From IMG/VR virus record IMGVR_UViG_3300046791_000324, positions 1 through 58,320 of that record: 58,320 nucleotides of DNA. One strand, written 5' to 3'. This stretch comes from a virus (Duplodnaviria > Caudoviricetes). The translations under genes were made by a program, and so were the position numbers. Below, piece after piece: positions 9,181-16,647 of this stretch. The notes beneath the pieces were generated by a model, which made no database searches, was not told the DNA's origin, and saw only the letters and a list, made by a program, of their open reading frames with translations. Every line of letters starts with the position of its first letter. The stretch's first letter is position 1.

Positions 9181-11076
9181 TCATGGGTCGTCGGGGAGGT
9201 CCTCGAATCGGTTTGTGCAATCCACGCGATAGTCGGGACTGTTGTCGTCCTCGTCGTAGCCGTCTGCGGAAGTGTTTTCTGGCGTCATGCCGAACGTGAC
9301 CTGGGCGGCGTTGCGCGCGCCGAAGCACATCAGAGTAAAAGCGTCCGCCTCGTCGGGAGAGGTCGCCTGATTGCGGAGCTTGTAGTCGTCCTTCGACTCC
9401 ACTTTTGAAATTTTCCCGGTCGCGCGAAACCAGCGAGTGCCGAGTTGCGTGATGAGGTCCGCGGTGTCAGCCGCCGGCAAAATCTTGACGTAGTCGAACT
9501 CGATGAGCTTCTGCGCGAGGAACCACAGCTCCGTCTGAATCCGGTCGTAGAGTTCGTCGGGCGTCTTAGTGTCCTCCGCCATGATTTTGCGGTCGGTGCA
9601 GCCCTCGGAGTAGTTCACGGCTTGGACCTCTGTTGACCAGAGATATTTCACCATGTCCCACACGCCTTGCCCGTTGCCGGTGCGGTCCATGCAGAGCCAG
9701 CCCGGTTTGATGGAAAGCTGCTTGCAGATTTTGACGACGGCGTCCGCCAACTCCTTCGTGGGGATTTCTCCTACGGGCTTCGGGAACTTGAACATCGCTT
9801 CGAGCTGGAGAGCCCAGCGAGGCGCGTTGTTGCCGACTCGGTTCTTGAAAAAAATCGTGGTGCCGTTCGGGGCGGCGACGGTCGGCGGCAACCTGATGCC
9901 GGCGGCCACGCCGAATTTTCCCTTCGCAAAATACGCGGAGTCTTTTCCTTGGAGCGCGGGGTCGAAGCCGGCGCATTCGTTCGGCGTTTCGAGCCAGATG
10001 AACTCGCCCTTGATTTTGTTGAGCGTCCCGCCGGAGATGACTGACATGCACACGCCCATTGGCGGGAAGCAGCCGCGCGCCATCGTGTGGTAGCCCTGCG
10101 AGTCCGTGCCGCCGGAGTTCGCGATGATGAGGTCGTAGCCCTCCTTGGTCTGGAGGCCCTCGTAAATCTTAACGCCCGCCTGGACGTTCTCGGAATACTT
10201 CGCGTCTAGCCGGACCACGCGCCAGCCGCGCACTGATTTCCAATCGAAGTCTCGGTCCGGGTCGAAGCCCGCCCAGCCGCCCTTCGGCTCGCAGCGTTTG
10301 CCGACTTCGTCCTGCGGGTCAGTCGGGTTGAAAGCGCCGATGACCTTGAGACCGTTGTCGCCTTGCGCGTTCGCCAGGACGTTGTCGATGTCTTTCCAAA
10401 TCCCCTTCGGGATGTTCACCATTTCATCGAGGAACACGAACATGCGGCTCAGCGTTCCGAAAATTTTGTGTGGCTTCTTGCGGTTGAATCGTTTCGTCCC
10501 CTGGATGCGGCCCGCGGCCTTCTTGCCGAGAGGCACGACGACTCCGCGGATTGCGCCGCGGCGTTTGCGGGGGTCGATGCCGATGAAAAGTTTTCCGATG
10601 ACGCCGGGCAGCGGGATGGTCGCGCTCCGGTGCAGTTCGACAAGGTGCGAGAAAAGATTGTCCTCAAGATGGTTCTCGGACGGACCGATGACCTGCACCG
10701 TGGTGAACTCCGGGTCGCGAATCCATTCGAGCATCAGGCGCACGCCCATTGAGTAGGACTTGGACATGGACGCCGCGCCCATGAGCAGGATGTAGTTGTC
10801 GGAGTCGAACGCGCGCCACACGCGAGCCGTGGACTCGGGCTTCGGCGTGAACAAAGTCGGGCTCCACAAAAGCTGTGCGGCCTCTTCCATGCCGGCGTTG
10901 TTGAGGCAGTAGTGGAGCAGAGGCGTGAGGACGGCGAAGGCCTCGGACTTCGTGGTGACCTTGTCGTTGCGGCCTGCGTTGGCGATGAGCAGGCGCGCGG
11001 CTTCGACGGGCTGTTCCGCGTGGAGTAGAACGGACAGCTTGTCGATGAGAAGTTTTGTCTCCGCGGGGATGGGCAT
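9181..11076 (-). CDS. terL: Terminase large subunit
   Basis: Walker A-like GAASMSKS, Walker B VFLDE, coupling motif FNP, nuclease acidic residues GFDPA, MDRTGNG, SPDEADA. Confidence 0.9.
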   Translation of the reverse strand: MPIPAETKLLIDKLSVLLHAEQPVEAARLLIANAGRNDKVTTKSEAFAVLTPLLHYCLNNAGMEEAAQLLWSPTLFTPKPESTARVWRAFDSDNYILLMGAASMSKSYSMGVRLMLEWIRDPEFTTVQVIGPSENHLEDNLFSHLVELHRSATIPLPGVIGKLFIGIDPRKRRGAIRGVVVPLGKKAAGRIQGTKRFNRKKPHKIFGTLSRMFVFLDEMVNIPKGIWKDIDNVLANAQGDNGLKVIGAFNPTDPQDEVGKRCEPKGGWAGFDPDRDFDWKSVRGWRVVRLDAKYSENVQAGVKIYEGLQTKEGYDLIIANSGGTDSQGYHTMARGCFPPMGVCMSVISGGTLNKIKGEFIWLETPNECAGFDPALQGKDSAYFAKGKFGVAAGIRLPPTVAAPNGTTIFFKNRVGNNAPRWALQLEAMFKFPKPVGEIPTKELADAVVKICKQLSIKPGWLCMDRTGNGQGVWDMVKYLWSTEVQAVNYSEGCTDRKIMAEDTKTPDELYDRIQTELWFLAQKLIEFDYVKILPAADTADLITQLGTRWFRATGKISKVESKDDYKLRNQATSPDEADAFTLMCFGARNAAQVTFGMTPENTSADGYDEDDNSPDYRVDCTNRFEDLPDDP

Positions 11077-11080
11077 TTAA

Positions 11081-11770
11081 TCAAAACCTCCGAAGTTTCT
11101 CAATCCACTGATACTTGGGCCAAAACCCGGCGTGCTTCATGTCGAACCCATAGTGGACGAGCGGCGCAGTTTTGAAACTCTCGCGAGGGAATCTTCCTTG
11201 AACTCCACACTCTTTTTGTAACCATTCGGGTTTAGGAAAGTTTTTGTGCTCGAACATGCGAACAAGTAGGCTCAGGTCGGAACAGTGATATCCGTGATAC
11301 GTGGATGAATCATTCCAGTCGTTCTTGTCCGGAGTCCAATTTGCGATTATCTCGCACATCTTCTGGTAGTGCTCTCGCGTGCCCAGGACTGCGCCCAAAT
11401 CAACGGGGATAGGTGGATGCTCGCAAAAGACAACCATCTTGTTAGGGTCTGGTTCGCGAGGGGAGAGTCCGTAGTTTATCACGTCATAGTCCAACATGAT
11501 TCCGCCACCATGCGTGCCGGCTTCCTGCGCCGCCATCGCCAGCCATCGGATGAAGCACGCTCGGTCATAAAGTGGGCCGTATTCAGACGGAAGTGACGAC
11601 ACCCGTTGATTGAATCGCTCCCACATAGGGTGTTGCCTCGCGTCGCCTTCGTTCAGGACAATGGGCTCCCACCCATGTTTTTCCCAGGACCTCGCCCACA
11701 CATCTATAAGGCGGCGTTGAGACTCGTCGTCGTAAAGACCAACCGGCATGTAGTAAGTGTAGCATCTCAT
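11081..11770 (-). CDS. Putative DxD glycosyltransferase, paralog A
   Basis: W.RSW...GWEP, CFIRWLA, GGIMLDYDVINY (GT32-like GGxxxDxD). Confidence 0.65.
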   Translation of the reverse strand: MRCYTYYMPVGLYDDESQRRLIDVWARSWEKHGWEPIVLNEGDARQHPMWERFNQRVSSLPSEYGPLYDRACFIRWLAMAAQEAGTHGGGIMLDYDVINYGLSPREPDPNKMVVFCEHPPIPVDLGAVLGTREHYQKMCEIIANWTPDKNDWNDSSTYHGYHCSDLSLLVRMFEHKNFPKPEWLQKECGVQGRFPRESFKTAPLVHYGFDMKHAGFWPKYQWIEKLRRF

Positions 11771-12468
11771 TCAATAGGTCGGATTTTCTCAATCCATTCG
11801 TGTTTAGGCCAGAAACCAGCATCGCGCATTGCGTATGCAAAGTGTGTCATGGGGGAACTTTTCCACCCATCGTGCGGGAAAAGCGAGCACCCGGGAACGC
11901 GAATAAGCCACACTGGCTTTTCTTTTGTCCCTTCAAACATCCGCTCCAGAAGCCTGAGGTCGTCGAGATGGTATTGATTCCCCGCAACATCCCAATCCCG
12001 CTCGTCGGGCTTCCAGGCAGCGAAGAGTTCGGCCATGTCTAGATAGTGTTGTGCGCTCCCTTGCACAGCCCCCATGAAGATTTTGTCGGGGGGTGAGTTG
12101 GAGAATATCCGCATAAATCCGTCTGACGTGTTTCTCGGTTCAAACCCATAGTTTATCACATCGTAGTCCACCATCATGCCTCCGCCCACATTCGCAAGCG
12201 CAAGCCAGCGCATAAAGCAAGCCACTGTATAGTGCTCGCCGTATTTCGTGGGCTTTGTGGCGAAGTGCTCATTGAAGAAATCAAATCGGGGGTGTTGTTT
12301 TGCGTCTGTTTCCGTCAGCACAACAGGCTCCCATCCGGCGCGACGCCAACTTCGTTCCCAAACCTTGATGAGCGAAAGCTGCGTGTCCACGGGCCACAAC
12401 CCGGGCACATCGACGTAATAAGTGTAAACGGGCAGACTCATCGGGTTTGAATAGACGATGTTTGCCAT
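11767..12468 (-). CDS. Putative DxD glycosyltransferase, paralog B
   Basis: Same motifs (CFMRWLA, GGMMVDYDVINY); tandem paralog of 11081-11770. Confidence 0.65.
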   Translation of the reverse strand: MANIVYSNPMSLPVYTYYVDVPGLWPVDTQLSLIKVWERSWRRAGWEPVVLTETDAKQHPRFDFFNEHFATKPTKYGEHYTVACFMRWLALANVGGGMMVDYDVINYGFEPRNTSDGFMRIFSNSPPDKIFMGAVQGSAQHYLDMAELFAAWKPDERDWDVAGNQYHLDDLRLLERMFEGTKEKPVWLIRVPGCSLFPHDGWKSSPMTHFAYAMRDAGFWPKHEWIEKIRPIE

Positions 12469-13385
12469 AGCTCATTGTTGACCGTGCGGTCGAAGAGGTC
12501 GCGATATGTTTTCTCCAGTCCGACCAAAAGGGTAGTTGATGGCTCCCACTTTAAGGCGGCGCGAAGCGCCGCGTTGTCGGATGTCTTATGGCGGCACCCC
12601 TGCGGGGCATCGCGGTTATAGAACCGCACGGGCTTGATGCCGGAGATTTCTTCGAGGATGTCCACGATGTCGTTCACCGAGTGGGGCTCGGGGTGCGCGA
12701 GGTTCAGCGGTCCGCATTTCAGTCCGCCCTGTCGCGCCTTCACCATCATCCAGATTCCCCGGACACAGTCGTCGATGTATAGGAAATTTCGAGTCTGCAA
12801 TCCGTCACCCCAGATTTCGATTTCGTTTTTCCCGCTGAGCTGAGCCGCGATGAATTTTTTGCAGAGGGCCTCGATGACGTGCTCGCGACCCGCGGGCCGA
12901 ATGTCGCCAGGACCGTAGAGCGTGTGGAACCGCGCGACGGCGACGGGGACATTCTTGTCGTGCGAGAATGCCCAGCACATATCTTCGCTGAAAAGTTTTT
13001 CCTTGCCGTAGCCGGTGTGCGGGCTCTCCGAGTAAGCATCATGCTCTCGCATCGCGTGGTGTCCGCTGGGATAGACGCAGGACGAGGACGCGAAAAAGTA
13101 GCAGGCCGGCGGCTGGTAGGCGCACGCGCGGAGAAGATTCGCGTTGATGACCGCGGACATCATGCAGTCGGCGTCGTTGGCTTCGACGAAGCCGATGCCT
13201 CCGACCTGAGCGGCTAGATTGAAAACGTAGTCCGCGTGCTGACACACCAGCGTTGCCGTCTCCGGGTTGAGCAGGTCGTCGCCATACTTCCGGCTGGCGG
13301 TCTTGACATCGAGTCCGCGCTCGCGGAGAAAGGTGGTGAGGGCGCGGCCAACAAAACCGCTGGCCCCGGCGACAGTTGCACGCAT
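12438..13385 (-). CDS. NAD-dependent nucleotide-sugar epimerase/dehydratase (GDP-mannose 3,5-epimerase-like SDR)
   Basis: GASGFVG Rossmann motif, LAAQVGGIG, SSSCVY, YGKEK (YxxxK), RFHTLYGP, IWGDGLQTRNFLYIDD. Confidence 0.92.
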   Translation of the reverse strand: MRATVAGASGFVGRALTTFLRERGLDVKTASRKYGDDLLNPETATLVCQHADYVFNLAAQVGGIGFVEANDADCMMSAVINANLLRACAYQPPACYFFASSSCVYPSGHHAMREHDAYSESPHTGYGKEKLFSEDMCWAFSHDKNVPVAVARFHTLYGPGDIRPAGREHVIEALCKKFIAAQLSGKNEIEIWGDGLQTRNFLYIDDCVRGIWMMVKARQGGLKCGPLNLAHPEPHSVNDIVDILEEISGIKPVRFYNRDAPQGCRHKTSDNAALRAALKWEPSTTLLVGLEKTYRDLFDRTVNNELWQTSSIQTR

Positions 13386-13393
13386 GGCGGGGA

Positions 13394-13585
13394 TTAGACC
13401 TTGGTGTTCGTGGTGAAGCCAGGGCCCTTTGCGCCGTCGTAGCTTTCGTTGAACTTGCCCGGGGCCTTGGTGGACGGGTCAGGTCCGGACTTGTTGCAGG
13501 AAGCGCCTTCGCCGAGTTCGGCGTCGCGATAGTCTTCCTCGTCTTTGAAGGACCTGGGGTCGTGGGCGGTGATGTTCTTTGGCAT
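13394..13585 (-). CDS. 63-aa hydrophilic hypothetical protein
   Basis: ATG 7 nt after a class-II promoter; the longer upstream frame overlaps ncRNAs. Confidence 0.65.
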   Translation of the reverse strand: MPKNITAHDPRSFKDEEDYRDAELGEGASCNKSGPDPSTKAPGKFNESYDGAKGPGFTTNTKV

Positions 13586-13592
13586 ACGAGGA

Positions 13593-13621
13593 AAGAGGTT
13601 CCTCGCGGGGCCAAAAGTCAA
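13593..13621 (-). promoter_or_regulatory. Class-II promoter TTGACT-N17-CCTCTT
   Basis: Recurrent motif. Confidence 0.6.
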
Positions 13622-13634
13622 CCTGGAAAAAGGT

Positions 13635-13730
13635 TGGGCAGCGGTGGAATCGAACTCACATCGAGTTGGGTAGCTCGTCCCAATCCGACCTGTTGCAACA
13701 GCCGGGCTCCTCGCCCGGTTCAAACTGCCC
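13635..13730 (-). ncRNA. tRNA-like RNA with SelC/allo-tRNA-like layout and a TTGCAA mini-loop
   Basis: Acceptor GGGCAGT/GCTGCCC-A; 6-bp hairpin CCGGGC/GCCCGG; CTG-TTGCAA-CAG; long arm; GTTCGATTC T loop. Confidence 0.65.
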
Positions 13731-13738
13731 GTAAAAGT

Positions 13739-13870
13739 AAGCGGGGTTTTTTGCCTCACTATCGCAGAGCTCTCTCGGGCCGCGGCTCGGCCATCTCCGT
13801 TGGTGCGGGCTCGACGCGGACCCCGCTTGCCGAGGACAAATGCTTCGGCCTGATTGGCGAGCGAACACCA
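13739..13870 (-). ncRNA. Pseudoknotted structured RNA (ncRNA-C)
   Basis: TGGTGT/GCACCA crossed by AAGCGGGG/CCCCGCTT; GCCGA/TCGGC hairpin; U-rich spacers on both sides. Confidence 0.5.
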
Positions 13871-13874
13871 AAAT

Positions 13875-14094
13875 TGGTGGAGATTTCTTTGGTCAGTTTG
13901 AGGCCCCCGGACCCGGGAGTTTTCAGGCTCCCTTCTGTTATCCCGGTTTTTCTGGTCGCCCAGTTTTTCCGGAAATGGCACCTACTCTCAGGTTGTCACG
14001 TCTCCCCTCCGCGTTTGGAGCGCGGTCAGGACTTGTCGCAAGGTGGACGTTCACCGATTTAGCGGCTGTTTAGTCGCCGGCTTTCAGCCCCTCC
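13875..14094 (-). ncRNA. 220-nt multi-hairpin RNA ending in ACCA (ncRNA-B)
   Basis: 5' GGAG pairs with 3' CTCC-A-CCA; at least 7 hairpins; AATTTT spacers. Confidence 0.6.
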
Positions 14095-14099
14095 AAAAT

Positions 14100-14276
14100 T
14101 CGGGCCTACTTCACCAAGGGCCATTGCTCCATTACTGGGCAGCTCCCTTGTATTCTCTCGACAGCGATTGGCGTGTGGCGACGCCTACGTTTTACGCAGC
14201 AACCAAGAGCTTATCATACTCATTTGGCTTCTTGCACCCGCACCGTATCGTGATACCGGATGCCGCCTCGCGCCGA
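14100..14276 (-). ncRNA. 177-nt multi-hairpin RNA (ncRNA-A)
   Basis: TCGG/CCGA closing stem; GCATCCG/CGGGTGC, AGCCAA/TTGGTT, CTGCGT/ACGTAG, GGCGT/ACGCC, CAAGGG/CCCTTG with a CCA-GTAA-TGG tip. Confidence 0.55.
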
Positions 14277-14281
14277 GAAAT

Positions 14282-14391
14282 TGGCGGGTCCAGGGTTTAA
14301 GCCGAAGCATACCCATCTTGGCTCCTGGCAGCCCTCGACCGTAAATCACGAGGGCTGTCACGAGCCGTGTCCTTTCTTAGACGACAGACCC
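14282..14391 (-). ncRNA. tRNA-like RNA with greatly extended anticodon arm and CCA end
   Basis: GGGTCTG/TGGACCC-G-CCA; D arm GTC/GAC; ~16-bp arm GGCTC..CAGCCCTCG/CGAGGGCTG..GAGCC; atypical T arm with a C(TTCG)G tip. Confidence 0.7.
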
Positions 14392-14393
14392 AT

Positions 14394-14465
14394 TGGTTGC
14401 GGAGACAGGAGTCGCACCTGTGGAGTTTTGCTTATGAGACAAAATTGAATCTCATTCTCTCCGCA
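14394..14465 (-). tRNA. Atypical tRNA-Met/Ile2 (CAT) with a minimal D arm
   Basis: TGCGGAG/CTCCGCA-A-CCA; GAAT-GAG-ATTC; TTTTGT-CTCATAA-GCAAAA; ACAGG-TGCGACT-CCTGT. Confidence 0.8.
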
Positions 14466-14466
14466 A

Positions 14467-14478
14467 TTTCAAAGAACA
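14467..14478 (-). promoter_or_regulatory. boxA-like antitermination element TGTTCTTTGAAA
   Basis: Resembles rrn boxA; lies between the promoter and the first RNA of the cluster. Confidence 0.55.
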
Positions 14479-14491
14479 AACCTAACACCAG

Positions 14492-14521
14492 AACATATCA
14501 CGCAAAACGCGCGACCGTCAA
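14492..14521 (-). promoter_or_regulatory. Sigma70-type promoter of the RNA cluster (TTGACG-N18-TATGTT, TG-extended -10)
   Basis: Sequence motif directly upstream of the cluster. Confidence 0.55.
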
Positions 14522-14532
14522 CTCAAGAAAAA

Positions 14533-14715
14533 CTAAATTGGGAGGATGGCTTGCGCGGTCACCGTGTGACCGTATTCCTCGCCGCGCATGTCCGTCTTGT
14601 GCTGCACCACAAACGCGATGCTGCCGGCGGCCACCTGCTTCTGCAACTTAGCAGAAAGCGCGGCGGCAATGAGGTTCAGCAGCTCCGTTTCGTTGATTTC
14701 GACTTTGAGGTTCAC
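14533..14715 (-). CDS. Hypothetical protein
   Basis: GTG start overlapping the upstream TGA; 60 aa. Confidence 0.55.
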   Translation of the reverse strand: MNLKVEINETELLNLIAAALSAKLQKQVAAGSIAFVVQHKTDMRGEEYGHTVTAQAILPI

Positions 14716-14849
14716 TTGGCCTTGCTCCCGGTTTTTTCCCAGTTCTTGGGATGCAGTTTCTTGCCGGCGTTGAGCGCCTTGGCGCGCTTCTGGATTTTCT
14801 TGGACTCCTTCGGGGAGTTGATGAACTTGATGGTGGTGAGGTCGAACAT
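14712..14849 (-). CDS. Small basic hypothetical protein
   Basis: MFDLTTIKFINSPKESKK..., 45 aa, phage-like codon bias. Confidence 0.5.
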   Translation of the reverse strand: MFDLTTIKFINSPKESKKIQKRAKALNAGKKLHPKNWEKTGSKAK

Positions 14850-14863
14850 GTTGGTCTTGGTGG

Positions 14864-15154
14864 CTAGTTGTTTGGGTTGAAAACGGTGAGCGGGCGCGAG
14901 ACCCCTTCGACGCTCTCGCCCCAGGCGAACAGAAAGGCTTCGTGCAGCTTGGCGGTCTCGGCGTTGCGCGCCGCGGCAGCCTTCTTGCCCTCGCCCTGGT
15001 CGGGCGCGGCGAATTGAAAGGGCTCCTCGCAGCCCACGGTGTAAACTGCCCAGGCATCGCAGCCCAGCACGGGGCTCTGGAATACCCCAGAGACGGAGAC
15101 GATGTGTTGTGCTCGGAGGAACATGCCGTTTGGTGCTTCGATGATTTTGCTCAT
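14864..15154 (-). CDS. Hypothetical protein
   Basis: M(SKIIE) start downstream of TTGACA-N17-TACCTT. Confidence 0.6.
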   Translation of the reverse strand: MSKIIEAPNGMFLRAQHIVSVSGVFQSPVLGCDAWAVYTVGCEEPFQFAAPDQGEGKKAAAARNAETAKLHEAFLFAWGESVEGVSRPLTVFNPNN

Positions 15155-15155
15155 A

Positions 15156-15389
15156 TCAGTAAATTTCTTTTCTACGCAGGGGTAAGGTATCACCTGGGTG
15201 CGCGCATGTCAAGTCGCGGATGGTGCGGGCAATCGCTTTCTCCACCAGCTTCTGCACCCAGCCAAAGCCGGCCAAGAGTTCCTCCATCGAGCTGTCGGGG
15301 TGCAACAGGCAGTAGTCCCGGAAAAGCGGGTTGGTCTCGTTCATCTGTTTGAACTCTCGCTCGATTCTACTTGCGGCGTCTTTTCTCAT
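15156..15389 (-). CDS. Hypothetical protein
   Basis: 77-aa ORF in a packed operon. Confidence 0.45.
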   Translation of the reverse strand: MRKDAASRIEREFKQMNETNPLFRDYCLLHPDSSMEELLAGFGWVQKLVEKAIARTIRDLTCAHPGDTLPLRRKEIY

Positions 15390-15765
15390 TGGCTTTGATT
15401 TTCTTGCACAGGTGCGTGAGGTTTGAAAAGGTGTTGCCCGCAGCCATCACGTAGAGGATGCGCGTGTGCAGCTCGAACCATTCGTTGCTGTGCTCCACCG
15501 TGAGCAGGTGCGCCAGCTCGTGTGACATCGTGTCGATGATTTGATAGGGCAGGTCGAGGCCGCCCCACTTGTCTCCGCTGTTCGAGTTCCGGACGCGAAT
15601 GCAAATGTCGCCGTGCTTGTTGCACTTGCCGTAATACCAACATTTCTTTCGGGGCAACGGGGAGACGGAGCGCAGCGGCAGATTGAACATGCGCGCGTGA
15701 TGCTCCACCTGTCCCTTCACGAACTCAAAAAGCAGGCGGTCAGATTTCTTCAGGAGTTTGCTCAT
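15367..15765 (-). CDS. Zincin metallopeptidase (WLM/SprT-like)
   Basis: DTMSHELAHL (HExxH) followed by EH...WF. Confidence 0.75.
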   Translation of the reverse strand: MSKLLKKSDRLLFEFVKGQVEHHARMFNLPLRSVSPLPRKKCWYYGKCNKHGDICIRVRNSNSGDKWGGLDLPYQIIDTMSHELAHLLTVEHSNEWFELHTRILYVMAAGNTFSNLTHLCKKIKANEKRRRK

Positions 15766-15953
15766 GTTTCGATTTTGATGCAGGGCTTTGTTGAGCCGAC
15801 CCCGGCGTAGTAAAAGTATTCTGTGGTGAGCGACACGGTTTCCGCGTTGTCAAAGTTGCTGTCCCAGAGTCCGTCGTTGACCAGGACGGGGACCTTCCCG
15901 TGGCCGGCGGACTGGAGCGTCTGCAATTCGAGAATGAGTTCGTCGAGTGTCAC
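15762..15953 (-). CDS. Hypothetical protein
   Basis: VTLDELILELQ...; GTGA and ATGA overlaps with neighbours. Confidence 0.6.
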   Translation of the reverse strand: MTLDELILELQTLQSAGHGKVPVLVNDGLWDSNFDNAETVSLTTEYFYYAGVGSTKPCIKIET

Positions 15954-16645
15954 TTGCCGCCCTCCTGTCGCCGCTTCATCTCGCGCGTGTAGAGCACGCC
16001 CACCGTGGACGCAAACCAGTAGCGACCGTTCGGCGCGGGGAAGCCCTGGCCCTGCATATACCGCGCGATGTGGCGGAAGGTCCACTTGTCGCCGTTGCGG
16101 CACTTCACAATCGTGGCAATCATTGCGCGCTCAGCGTCCGTCTGCCCGTAGGGCTTCGGGCCCCCACACGGCTCGCCGGTTTCCCGTGCGACCTTGCGCC
16201 GGCCAGCCTGGAGCTTCAACACGAGCTGCGCCTTTTCCCACTGAGCCAGTGCGCCCAGGAGCTGTCGAATCAAAACGCGTGTCGGGTCGGCGTCTGCCAT
16301 CACGAGTTCCTCGCCCGAGTCCGCGGCATAAACCTTGATGCCCTTCTTGCGGCACTCACTCAGGAAAATCTCCTGCACCATCAAGTCGCGTGCGATGCGT
16401 GACGCGTCTTCGACGACGATGGTTTCAATCCCGTGGGCCGCATTCGCGCCGGCCAACGAAAGAATTTCGTGCAGCCCCGCGCGGCTGTCGAACTCCGTGC
16501 CTCCGGACTGTTGGTCCTCGAAGGTCCTCACGATGCGCCAGCCCTTCTTGTCGCAGAAGCCGGAGATTTTGTTTTGCTGGCGGTCGAAGCCGCCGCCGTT
16601 GAGCTGCTCCTTCGTGGAGACGCGGCAGTATGCGAAAACTTTCAT
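15950..16645 (-). CDS. Serine recombinase (resolvase/invertase family)
   Basis: AYCRVSTKEQ (catalytic Ser), SGG...RAGL, DASRIARD, C-terminal GGPKPYG plus HTH. Confidence 0.92.
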   Translation of the reverse strand: MKVFAYCRVSTKEQLNGGGFDRQQNKISGFCDKKGWRIVRTFEDQQSGGTEFDSRAGLHEILSLAGANAAHGIETIVVEDASRIARDLMVQEIFLSECRKKGIKVYAADSGEELVMADADPTRVLIRQLLGALAQWEKAQLVLKLQAGRRKVARETGEPCGGPKPYGQTDAERAMIATIVKCRNGDKWTFRHIARYMQGQGFPAPNGRYWFASTVGVLYTREMKRRQEGGK

Positions 16646-16647
16646 GG

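Noticed and set aside
13586-13981. N-terminal extension of ORF 13394-13981
   Set aside because: Overlaps structured RNAs and a promoter; the ATG at 13585 fits better
14335-14350. Ochre suppressor (TTA in the loop) or alternative genetic code
   Set aside because: The loop is 11 nt on an over-long arm, and core genes are intact in code 11 using all three stop codons
15950-16645. Integrase or prophage boundary
   Set aside because: No host genes or att-like duplication in the window, and the enzyme lacks the length of a large serine integrase
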